From assembly GCA_045577535.1 (NCBI GenBank), contig JAZNIO010000029.1, positions 25,478 through 89,477 of the forward strand: a stretch of 64,000 nt of DNA, read 5' to 3'. Position numbers and translations under genes: made by a program. This DNA comes from Candidatus Onthomorpha sp. GTDB taxonomy: Bacteria; Bacteroidota; Bacteroidia; Bacteroidales; P3. The notes below the pieces were generated by a model that ran no database searches, was not told the DNA's origin, and saw nothing but the letters and a program-made list of their open reading frames with translations. Every line of letters starts with the position of its first letter. Position 1 is the stretch's first letter. This document shows, piece after piece, positions 48,684 through 56,585 of this stretch.

Positions 48684-48774
48684 GTGAAGTTTCACTTTTC
48701 CGTTTTCCGCTCTCCCCCTTTAGGGGGGAGAGCGAGGGTGAACCGGAAAAAGGCGGAAATAAGATGAAACTCAC
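48684..48774. repeat. ~90-nt imperfect palindrome with a GC-rich core hairpin
   Basis: The core GCTCTCCCCC-TTTAG-GGGGGAGAGC (48709-48733) is flanked by the pairs TTTTCCG/CGGAAAA, TTTCCG/CGGAAA and GTGAAGTTTCAC/GATGAAACTCAC. Confidence 0.8.
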
Positions 48775-49769
48775 GATTGTTTTCTGTACTCGCTCAATAT
48801 TTCGTACACTCTCGTTCGGCCGAGTTGCATTTTCTCACAAATTGATTTTGCATTCAGTCCGAGATTGTACAAGCGTATGACTTCGTCTTTTTTTTCTTGT
48901 GGGGTTTTGCCTCGTTTTGGTTTCTCACAAGTAGGAACTATTACCGGCATAAGGCATTCGATCGGAGTACGTTCGCCTGTGTATTCGAAGCATAAATCAC
49001 TTGTGAGTGTCAAATCGTATGAGGCACGTTTGTATTCGTTTGACAGATAATTGCCTTTTACGATGCAGAGGTGGAATAGGTCAGAGTTATTGACGTTTCG
49101 CCTTAACTCCAAGACAACTCGCATCTTGGCTTCAAAGCCTTGCGAACCGATTGCGTTGTGTTTTGATGGTGCATCGCTATCGCTTGATTTGCGTGTATGG
49201 TGAAGGAAAAGTATCAGAGAGCGATTGCGAATTGCCATTTGGTTGAAAAGACGCAGTTGTTCACGCATTACATCCATTCGGTTGATGTCGCCCGAAAACA
49301 CATCGGAAAGCGAATCGATGATAACCAAATCAAACCTCTCGCATTGCAATCTCCGATTCAGTTCGTACATCAGCGAATCGCTGTCGAACACAAACTCAAG
49401 TCGTTCTTGTGCTTCGGCATTCAACTGCCAGCATTTGTTTTGTCGCTTGACCAAATACGAAATCGCTTCAGGCTCATCTTCGGTCGAAATGTAGAGAACT
49501 TTGCCCTGAACGCTTTTTGTCTGCCAAAGCAAAAACGGTTTCTTGCTTACAATGCTCGCAGCCAGCTGTCTGAGCAACGTACTCTTACCACTGTCGCTGC
49601 TGCCTATCAATGCAGCAAGCCCGCATCGTGGAAGAATCGGCTCGACCAAACAATCGATAGCTTCTTTTTCTTCTTTCAAAAGTTCGGAAAGCGAGAAGGA
49701 ATGTTTCTCGTCCGTATTCGTAATGGAATTTTCTTTTTTCATCATATTCGTAATTTGTTTATAAACCAT
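48771..49769 (-). CDS. RepA/AAA_25-type RecA-like ATPase with C-terminal resolvase-type HTH
   Basis: Walker A GSSDSGKST, Walker B DLVIIDSLSD and C-terminal LGLNAKSICEKMQLGRTRVYEIL. Confidence 0.8.
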   Translation of the reverse strand: MVYKQITNMMKKENSITNTDEKHSFSLSELLKEEKEAIDCLVEPILPRCGLAALIGSSDSGKSTLLRQLAASIVSKKPFLLWQTKSVQGKVLYISTEDEPEAISYLVKRQNKCWQLNAEAQERLEFVFDSDSLMYELNRRLQCERFDLVIIDSLSDVFSGDINRMDVMREQLRLFNQMAIRNRSLILFLHHTRKSSDSDAPSKHNAIGSQGFEAKMRVVLELRRNVNNSDLFHLCIVKGNYLSNEYKRASYDLTLTSDLCFEYTGERTPIECLMPVIVPTCEKPKRGKTPQEKKDEVIRLYNLGLNAKSICEKMQLGRTRVYEILSEYRKQS

Positions 49770-49803
49770 TTCGGCAAGTCTTCCGGATAGTCTTGTCAGA
49801 GAG

Positions 49804-49811
49804 CAAAATTA
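49804..49811 (-). promoter_or_regulatory. -7 promoter box TAATTTTG for the ATPase-HTH-Toprim operon
   Basis: Reverse complement of CAAAATTA, 35 nt upstream of the ATPase start. Confidence 0.4.
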
Positions 49812-49947
49812 CAGCCTCAAATAACTGATTTGCAAGTGCTTTTTCGGATGCGGGTAAGTGGTTTTTCTTGCAATCCGTGTTTTTGACGGACAGGGTTTTT
49901 CGACTGTTTTGCAAAGGATTTTTTGTTTTCGTTACGACATTATTTCG

Positions 49948-49955
49948 TATATTTG
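49948..49955 (+). promoter_or_regulatory. -7 promoter box TATATTTG (followed by CA), divergent from the ATPase promoter
   Basis: TAnnTTTG match upstream of the 50096 ORF. Confidence 0.4.
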
Positions 49956-50095
49956 CAGCCGATATGTGTTATGTGTTGTTTTTTACTTAGAAAAAAGTGA
50001 AAGCTCATTATTCGGATTAGGTGTTAATTCGTTGTGTTGCAGTCTTTGCACTTTAGAAAAAAACATAGAAAAAACACATTATGATTTTCTTTTGA

Positions 50096-50809
50096 ATGCT
50101 TATGTCGGAACAAGAAGGAAAAAGTGGTTTTTTGCCGGTTGAATGGAGTGATGATTTGGTTGGGGATTTCAAGCGTGAGATATTCGACGTTTATTTCCAA
50201 GATGAATTTTCCGTTTCCCAGTGGAAAAAAGTTCTGTTCAACAAAAAACGTCCTGCGGGAATGCAAAGCTGTCGTGTTGCTTACGATAACCAAATGCGAA
50301 AGTTGAAGCTGAACAACGCAGAGCTCGGACGGCTGTGTCATGTCCTGCAGATGAGTTGTTCGCAGTTCAATTCGGTTTTCGCAACAAGCATAAACGCTTC
50401 GAACATTCCTTCTTCCTATGCCGCATTTTGCAAACAGAGCGACAACGATCGAAAAAGCAATATTTACCGTCAGTGCAAGGAAATACTCGAAAGGCATGGC
50501 GTGGTGTTGATTCCGCCCAAGATGAAACGCGATGACGCAGAGTGGGAGAGGAGTCGGCTTTTCAAACGTCTCGATGAGGCTGACGAGGCAGACAGAGAGC
50601 TTATCGAACAGGCACGTCTGAGAATAGCGAAAAGAGATGTGCTCAGAGAGAATGCCGAACGACAATTCGATCTGCTCGTGCATGCAATCGACAAGAAGAA
50701 TGAGGTTAAAAGCGAATCTTCGACAAAGAATGCAACGGCAAAGAAAAGCTCCGAAACGACAAAAGAAAAACCCTCCGAAAAGATTCTCCAACCTACTTTG
50801 TTCGGCTGA
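50096..50809 (+). CDS. Hypothetical protein with a possible HTH and a K/E-rich tail
   Basis: Natural amino-acid composition, unlike the Cys-rich antisense ORF. Possible HTH at LNNAELGRLCHVLQMSCSQFNSVF. Confidence 0.55.
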   Translation: MLMSEQEGKSGFLPVEWSDDLVGDFKREIFDVYFQDEFSVSQWKKVLFNKKRPAGMQSCRVAYDNQMRKLKLNNAELGRLCHVLQMSCSQFNSVFATSINASNIPSSYAAFCKQSDNDRKSNIYRQCKEILERHGVVLIPPKMKRDDAEWERSRLFKRLDEADEADRELIEQARLRIAKRDVLRENAERQFDLLVHAIDKKNEVKSESSTKNATAKKSSETTKEKPSEKILQPTLFG

Positions 50810-50892
50810 AAAACCGACGGAACGCAAGTGGCAAAGGCGGCTGTGAATGCGTGAAGATTGTAAATGTTTTCACAGTCCGGATGCGTGTTATT

Positions 50893-51166
50893 TTACAAAT
50901 GTTTACAAAAGTAACGTATTACAAAAGTAAATAAAGGAACGAAACGAACGGTCTTTTCAAGAGAGAAAGCGATATGTCGCAAAGTGAAAGTATTTCTGTA
51001 AATCGGATAATCTTAACAAGTGATATAAGCATAGATACGACGATTATGTAACCTTTTTCTTTAGTTTGCGTACAGAATTACAAAAGTAAAATCAGAGAAT
51101 AAAAACAATGCTTTATTTGATTTTACAAAAGTAATGCGAAAAACAAGAATTATTTTACAAAAGTAA
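50893..51166. repeat. Cluster of five perfect TTACAAAAGTAA 12-mers (plus one degenerate copy)
   Basis: Perfect copies at 50903-50914, 50919-50930, 51078-51089, 51123-51134 and 51155-51166. A degenerate copy TTACAAATGTTT lies at 50893-50904. Each copy is a TTAC-N4-GTAA dyad. Confidence 0.9.
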
Positions 51167-51170
51167 AAAC

Positions 51171-51653
51171 ATGATACAGGGAAGATTGGTTGAATTTATG
51201 TCGTTTTTCAAGTTGACGGCGGTGGTTTTGGCAGAGAATATCGGAGTGCAACCTTCGAGCGTTTCGCACATTCTTTCGGGCAGAAACAAGCCGAGTTTAG
51301 ATTTTGTGAACAAACTTCTCAGTCGCTATCCTCAGGTAAGCTTCGATTGGTTGGTGAACGGAAAAGGAAATATGTTGAAAACGGAAAACGAAAGCAGGGA
51401 AAGCCCGAACCTCTTCTCTGAATCGGAATCGTCATACAGGGCACCGGAAGAACCGCAAACCGAACAAGAGATTTCCGAATCGAAAATGCCCGCACCGGAT
51501 GCAAGACGTCGCAAAAGCATTGCAAAAATCCCGAAAACAGACGCAAAAGAAGCCGACAAGCCTCAAAACAGCACCCTTGCAAAAACCATCAGCCGCATAA
51601 TCGTATTCTATTCCGACAACACTTTCGAAGAATTCGGTCCGAAAAACGATTGA
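51171..51653 (+). CDS. XRE-family HTH transcriptional regulator with a disordered middle region
   Basis: HTH LTAVVLAENIGVQPSSVSHILSGRNKPS. 160 aa. Confidence 0.85.
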   Translation: MIQGRLVEFMSFFKLTAVVLAENIGVQPSSVSHILSGRNKPSLDFVNKLLSRYPQVSFDWLVNGKGNMLKTENESRESPNLFSESESSYRAPEEPQTEQEISESKMPAPDARRRKSIAKIPKTDAKEADKPQNSTLAKTISRIIVFYSDNTFEEFGPKND

Positions 51654-51754
51654 TTCGTCCCTGTTTTACGCAAAAACAGAGAATCTTTTCTTGGTTTCAG
51701 ATGATTTGGCGTGTTTTCCGCCGCATTGTGTGCCTGTCGGTCGAAAATAATGCG

Positions 51755-51762
51755 TATCTTTG
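51755..51762 (+). promoter_or_regulatory. -7 promoter box TATCTTTG (followed by CA) upstream of nrnA
   Basis: TAnnTTTG match 35 nt before the ATG at 51797. Confidence 0.45.
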
Positions 51763-51796
51763 CAAGATTGTTACGAACGACAATGAGGTGAAAACA

Positions 51797-52813
51797 ATGA
51801 ATTTCGAAAGAGAAAAGATAGAAGAATTCGCAGGATTGATTGAACGGGCGGAGAATATAGTGCTTCTCGGTCATTTCAACCCCGATGGTGATGCCATAGG
51901 CTCGACTCTCGGGCTTTATCACTACCTTGAAAGCATGGGAAAGAAGTCCTGCATCATTTATCCGAACGAATGTCCGATCGCTCCTTTGGTTTATCTCGAG
52001 GGAATCGATTATATGATATACACAAACGGAGAAAAAGCCGCAAGATACAGAATCAAACATGCCGATTTGGTGATTTGTGCCGATTTTGCAACGCTTTCGC
52101 GTACTTCTCCGCCTATTCAAGAGTGTATTGCAGGGCTTGACTGTCCGAAAATCACTATCGATCATCACGAAAACCCCGATCCGACCGATCTTTTGTTCTC
52201 CGACATAGAGGCTTCTTCGACCTGCGAATTGGTGTACAAGATTCTTTCTGCCTGCAACGAGAAACACATCACGCTTTCTTGTGCAACGGCTTTGTATATG
52301 GGGATTTGCACCGATACGGGCAGTTTTTCGCATTCCTGTTCTCGAAGAGATGTGTTCGATGTGGCGGCGGCTTTGGTCGAAAAGGGAGTCGATGTGGCGG
52401 CAATCAAGCGTCAGGTGGTGGATTTATCGACAGAGAACCGTCTTCGTTTGCTCGGCTACGTTCTAAAGGACAAATTGAAGGTTTTTCCCGAAAAAGGAGC
52501 GGCTTATATGGCGGTTTCTCGCAAGGAATTGAAGCAGTACGGATTTCAAAAGGGCGATTTGGAGGGTGTTGTCAATTATGCGTTGAGGATTGAGGGAATT
52601 CGTTTCGCCGCATTGATTTCCGAGCGTCAGGATAAGATAAGAATGTCGTTTCGATCGTTGAGTCCGACTGTGGATGTGAACAAATATGCCGCAAGATATT
52701 GGAACGGCGGCGGTCATGTGATGGCTGCAGGCGGTTATTCGCTGCTCGGATTGGATTTGACCTGCCAAATGTTGGAGCAACACATAGAAAAGCGTCGTTA
52801 TGAGAAGTGTTAG
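51797..52813 (+). CDS. nrnA: DHH-family oligoribonuclease / pAp phosphatase NrnA
   Basis: GHFNPDGDAIGS, IDHHEN and the DHHA1 motif GGGHVMAAGG. Confidence 0.88.
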   Translation: MNFEREKIEEFAGLIERAENIVLLGHFNPDGDAIGSTLGLYHYLESMGKKSCIIYPNECPIAPLVYLEGIDYMIYTNGEKAARYRIKHADLVICADFATLSRTSPPIQECIAGLDCPKITIDHHENPDPTDLLFSDIEASSTCELVYKILSACNEKHITLSCATALYMGICTDTGSFSHSCSRRDVFDVAAALVEKGVDVAAIKRQVVDLSTENRLRLLGYVLKDKLKVFPEKGAAYMAVSRKELKQYGFQKGDLEGVVNYALRIEGIRFAALISERQDKIRMSFRSLSPTVDVNKYAARYWNGGGHVMAAGGYSLLGLDLTCQMLEQHIEKRRYEKC

Positions 52814-53366
52814 AGGGGTGTTTGTGGCGATTTGTCTTGGAGGATTGTTGTTCGGGTGTTCTCGTTCTTACACAGAGGAAGATCTGAGCAAAATCCAAGA
52901 GAGCGAGACCATGGAATCGGAAAAGCAAAGCCGTCAGGAACAAATGCTTATCGATGCCAATAAGGTGCTTTTGGCAAAAGAGCAGGAGCGAATCGAGTCA
53001 TACATGGCACGAAGAGGCTGGAAGATGGAGCAGAGAGGCGGAGTGTTCGTCGGTGTTTTGGAACCCGGCAACGGAAAGACCTTTTCAGCGGGCACAAGCC
53101 TCAGAGTGGAATACGAATGCGAGCTTTTGACCGGCAAAAAGGTGGGTTCGAGCAGTGAGGACGGCGAAATATCGATAGTCGTAGGCAAAGGAGGAGATTG
53201 TCCGAGAGGTTTGCAGACGGCAATCGAGACATTGAGCGAGGGATGCAAAGCAAGAGTGATAGTGCCTTACAACATGGCTTACGGTTTGGTGGGAGACGGA
53301 AACAAAATTCCAAAAGCCGCAACTCTGGTATATGAATTAAGGGTTTATGAAACAAAGAAACAATAA
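52800..53366 (+). CDS. FKBP-type peptidyl-prolyl isomerase lipoprotein
   Basis: Lipoprotein signal LFGCS and a C-terminal FKBP domain (RVIVPYNMAYG...LVYELRV). Confidence 0.85.
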   Translation: MRSVRGVFVAICLGGLLFGCSRSYTEEDLSKIQESETMESEKQSRQEQMLIDANKVLLAKEQERIESYMARRGWKMEQRGGVFVGVLEPGNGKTFSAGTSLRVEYECELLTGKKVGSSSEDGEISIVVGKGGDCPRGLQTAIETLSEGCKARVIVPYNMAYGLVGDGNKIPKAATLVYELRVYETKKQ

Positions 53367-53367
53367 A

Positions 53368-54252
53368 ATGAAATCAAGAAGAATATTGAGCATGCTGGTG
53401 TTTGCCGCACTTTTCTTTGCATGCGACAGAAAGAATGCCGACGACGGATTCGTGAAAACGGCATCCGGATACGAATTCAAGCATTGCGTAGAGAACAAAA
53501 CGGCACCTAAAGCCAAGGTTGGCGACATTCTTTTGGGTGAGTTGGAGATACGGATGAATGACAGCGTGCTTCTATCGTCCAATTTCGGTTCTCCAGACAG
53601 GCTTTTCAAAATCGGACAACCTGTTCCGGGCGGAATGGATGAGTTTTTGCTGAATATGCATATCGGAGACTCTGCGGTGATGCGTGCTCCCGCAGACAGC
53701 GTGGCTCAATACGTCGGAGGATTGGTTGCAAAGCCCGGAGACAAGATATGTTTCTATTTGAAAATTCATCAGATCATCTCTCAACGCGAGCTTTCCGAGC
53801 ATGAAAAGGAAGTGAGAGAGCGTTTTGCGGCGGAAGATTCGGTGTTGAGTGATTTCATTGCAAGAAACTATCCGAAGGCTCAAAAGATGGAAAGCGGTCT
53901 GTATGTGATTCGTTCGAGCAAAACCGAAGGTGAAAAAGCCGAATTCGGAAAAACGGTGAGCGTTTTCTACTCGGTGAGCGACACAACGGGCAGAGTGCTC
54001 GACACAAACATGAAATCGGCAGCCCAAAAAGGCGGTATATTCAATCCGAATCAACTTTACGACGCCTTTGAGTTTGTTTTGGGCGACGATGGTTTGATTG
54101 CAGGCTGGACAGAAGGCGTAAGCTATATGCGAAAAGGCGAAAAGAGCACGATTCTCATTCCTTCATATTTGGCATACGGCGAAAGCGGTTACGGACTCAT
54201 CACTCCATACATGCCTTTGTTGTTCGAATTGGAATTGGTCGACGTTAAATAA
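53368..54252 (+). CDS. FKBP-type peptidyl-prolyl isomerase lipoprotein (two-domain)
   Basis: Signal FFACD and a C-terminal FKBP domain (GWTEGVSYMRKGEKSTILIPSYLAYG...LLFELELVDV). Confidence 0.85.
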   Translation: MKSRRILSMLVFAALFFACDRKNADDGFVKTASGYEFKHCVENKTAPKAKVGDILLGELEIRMNDSVLLSSNFGSPDRLFKIGQPVPGGMDEFLLNMHIGDSAVMRAPADSVAQYVGGLVAKPGDKICFYLKIHQIISQRELSEHEKEVRERFAAEDSVLSDFIARNYPKAQKMESGLYVIRSSKTEGEKAEFGKTVSVFYSVSDTTGRVLDTNMKSAAQKGGIFNPNQLYDAFEFVLGDDGLIAGWTEGVSYMRKGEKSTILIPSYLAYGESGYGLITPYMPLLFELELVDVK

Positions 54253-54287
54253 TCATGGAAATAGAAACAAATAATAATGAATAGAAT

Positions 54288-55196
54288 ATGAAAAAGATTG
54301 CGTTTTTGTTGATGTGCTTTGTAAGCATGTCTGCGTTTTCTCAAATTAAGGAAGGTTTCGTCAAATCCGACAAAGGTGTTTTGTACAAGGTTGAAAAAGC
54401 AAATCCGAACGGCAGATCGGTAAAAGATGGCGACATAGTGGTTTGCAATTACAAAATAATGTTCGGTGATTCGTTGATTTTCGACAATTTCAACAATCCT
54501 CCGATTCCCACATTCAGGGTTTCGCAACAGAACAGAGGCTTTCAAGGGGATATGATCGACGGTTTGGAACTGATGAAAGAAGGAGAGGTTTTCACCTTTG
54601 CCTTTCTCAGCGACTCTTTGTCCAAGATACAGCGAATGCCTGCTTTCGTCAAGAACGGCGATTACGGATATTACACCGTCGCAATCTCGAAACTGATGAG
54701 CGAAGAGGAGTTTAGGGCGGAGCAAGAGCGAATGATGGCCGAGCAAAAAAGGATTGCCGACAGCATGCAGGCGATAGAAATGCAGGTGTTGGCGGATTAT
54801 GTTCGCAACAACGGATTCAGCGACATTGCAACCAACGGTGTGTACTACAAATCCACACAAGAAGGAAAGGGAATCAAACCGGCACAAGACAAAAAAGTGA
54901 AAGTGCATTATGTAGGCAGATTTTTGGACGGCAGAGTGTTCGATACATCGGTTGAAAGCGTTGCAAAAGAAAGCGGAAAGTATGATTCACGCCGCAAATA
55001 CGAGCCTTTGGAGTTCACAATCGGCAAAAAACAGATGATAGTCGGCTTTGAAGAGGCTGTGAAGCTGATGTCGGAAGGCGAAAAAGGTGTTGTGGTCATA
55101 CCATCTTCGCTTGCTTATGGTTCGAGACAAAGAGGTGAAATACCGGCATTTTCAACCCTTGTGTTCGAATTGGAATTGGTAGAAGTGGAGAAATAA
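54288..55196 (+). CDS. FKBP-type peptidyl-prolyl isomerase (Mip/FklB-like)
   Basis: Signal peptide and a C-terminal FKBP domain (VHYVGRFLDGRVFDTS...GFEEAVKLMSEGEKGVVVIPSSLAYG...LVFELELVEV). Confidence 0.88.
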   Translation: MKKIAFLLMCFVSMSAFSQIKEGFVKSDKGVLYKVEKANPNGRSVKDGDIVVCNYKIMFGDSLIFDNFNNPPIPTFRVSQQNRGFQGDMIDGLELMKEGEVFTFAFLSDSLSKIQRMPAFVKNGDYGYYTVAISKLMSEEEFRAEQERMMAEQKRIADSMQAIEMQVLADYVRNNGFSDIATNGVYYKSTQEGKGIKPAQDKKVKVHYVGRFLDGRVFDTSVESVAKESGKYDSRRKYEPLEFTIGKKQMIVGFEEAVKLMSEGEKGVVVIPSSLAYGSRQRGEIPAFSTLVFELELVEVEK

Positions 55197-55221
55197 CGTC
55201 ATAACATTGATTTTAAGATTT

Positions 55222-56031
55222 ATGGAACTGAAACTAAGTAAGCCTTTGGTGGTGTTTGATTTGGAGACGACCGGTTTGGTGATCGGTCAGGCTCATATAG
55301 TGGAAATCTGCATGATCAAGGTGAATCCCGATCACAGTGAGCAGGAATGGACCTTACGATTCAATCCCGGAGTGCATATTCCCGAAGAAACGACCGCTCT
55401 TCACGGAATAAGCGATGATGACGTGAAGGATTGTCCGACCTTTGCCGAGATGGCGAAAAAGGTTGCGGCGTTCATCGGCAACGCAGATTTGTGCGGCTAC
55501 AATTCAAACAAGTTCGACGTGCCTTTGTTGGTTGAAGAATTTCTCAGGGCGGGAGTCGATTTTCCGCTTTCCAACCGTCGTTTCATCGATGTGCAGAACA
55601 TATTTCACAAAATGGAGTCTCGTACGCTTGCAGGTGCGGTTAAGTTCTATTTGAACAAGAATCTGGACGACGCACACACGGCAAACGCCGACACAAGGGC
55701 GACTTTGGAAGTCTTGAAGGCTCAATTGGACAGATATGAGGGCGTAGAGTACAAAGATTCCGAAGGAAAAACAACGGTGCCTGTTGTAAACGATGTGCAG
55801 GCTCTTGCAGACTTCACTCACACTCACAAATGGGCAGACCTGGCAGGACATTTGATTTACGACAAACAAGGAAGGGTGTGTCTGAATTTCGGAAAACACA
55901 AAGGCAAATCCATAGAAGAAGTGTTTGTAATCGAACCTAATTATTATGAATGGATGATGCGAAGCGAGTTTCCTTTGAGTACGAAACGTCTTATCAGCGA
56001 GATACGAATCAGAAGCATGCAAAGAAAATGA
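55222..56031 (+). CDS. DEDDh 3'-5' exonuclease (DnaQ-like) with a small C-terminal domain
   Basis: Exo I VFDLETTGL, Exo III HTANADT and a C-terminal FGKHKGKSIEEV...YYEWM. Confidence 0.85.
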   Translation: MELKLSKPLVVFDLETTGLVIGQAHIVEICMIKVNPDHSEQEWTLRFNPGVHIPEETTALHGISDDDVKDCPTFAEMAKKVAAFIGNADLCGYNSNKFDVPLLVEEFLRAGVDFPLSNRRFIDVQNIFHKMESRTLAGAVKFYLNKNLDDAHTANADTRATLEVLKAQLDRYEGVEYKDSEGKTTVPVVNDVQALADFTHTHKWADLAGHLIYDKQGRVCLNFGKHKGKSIEEVFVIEPNYYEWMMRSEFPLSTKRLISEIRIRSMQRK

Positions 56032-56564
56032 AAATAGCGGGAATTTACGGTTCGGAGGCTTTCATCAAGAGCGACAATGCAGTGCTTTCGGACAACGAGT
56101 CGTTCTATTGTCCCGAAGGGTGTGAGAACGGCGGGGTTGAGTTGAGAGTCGGATTGGCAGCAAGGATAAATCACGTCTGCAAAAGCGTTCCTGCCAAGCA
56201 TGCATGCAGGTTTTACGAAGATGTATGCCTTGCTTTCGACTTTGCATTGAAAGATAAAACCGGCGGAGCTTTCGCTTATGCATTCGATTACTCGTTTGCT
56301 ATGGGCATTCGCATGAAAAAAGATGATGAGAGTTTGAAAGAACTGTCTTTTTCTTCGCATGAAGGCATTCGGAGTCTGGGTTCGGCAGAGCAATGCTTGT
56401 CGGCTTTGGATGCACTCATTGAAGAGATTTCAAAGACCATGGGGTTGAAGGTCGGGGACTTTGTCTTTCTGCCTTTGGACAAGGAAGTAAAAGAGTTGAA
56501 CATCGGTCAGGTGTATGAGGTCTTTGCAGGAAAGGAATGCGTGTTGCATTGCGAAATCAAATAG
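56028..56564 (+). CDS. Hypothetical protein, possibly a degenerate FAH-fold protein
   Basis: ATGA overlap with the exonuclease gene. The C-terminus (LIEEISKTMGLKVGDFVFLP) resembles the fumarylacetoacetate-hydrolase family, but the functional assignment is weak. Confidence 0.4.
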   Translation: MKIAGIYGSEAFIKSDNAVLSDNESFYCPEGCENGGVELRVGLAARINHVCKSVPAKHACRFYEDVCLAFDFALKDKTGGAFAYAFDYSFAMGIRMKKDDESLKELSFSSHEGIRSLGSAEQCLSALDALIEEISKTMGLKVGDFVFLPLDKEVKELNIGQVYEVFAGKECVLHCEIK

Positions 56565-56585
56565 ATGGAAAAAGAGTAAGGAATC

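Larger units (their letters stand above)
43649..50809. mobile_element. Probable degenerate integrative-element / defence island (Fic, GATC RM cassette, replication-like module) with no integrase or relaxase
   Basis: Accessory gene content, strong GC mosaic by eye (AT-rich RM genes next to a GC-richer Toprim gene) and autonomous promoters and terminators for sub-modules. The boundaries are not defined by visible repeats. Confidence 0.35.

Noticed and set aside
50024-50827. 267-aa minus-strand ORF covering the same DNA as the 50096-50809 plus-strand ORF
   Set aside because: Its Cys/Phe/Leu-rich composition is typical of an antisense shadow. The plus-strand product has normal composition and a promoter box upstream. 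The leftward -7-like boxes in the 12-mer repeats mean antisense transcription (not translation) remains possible.
50893-51166. Possible CRISPR array, given the repeated 12-mers
   Set aside because: The repeats are only 12 nt long, their spacing is irregular (16-159 nt), no cas genes are present, and the copies are dyad-symmetric operator-like sites. This is not a CRISPR array.
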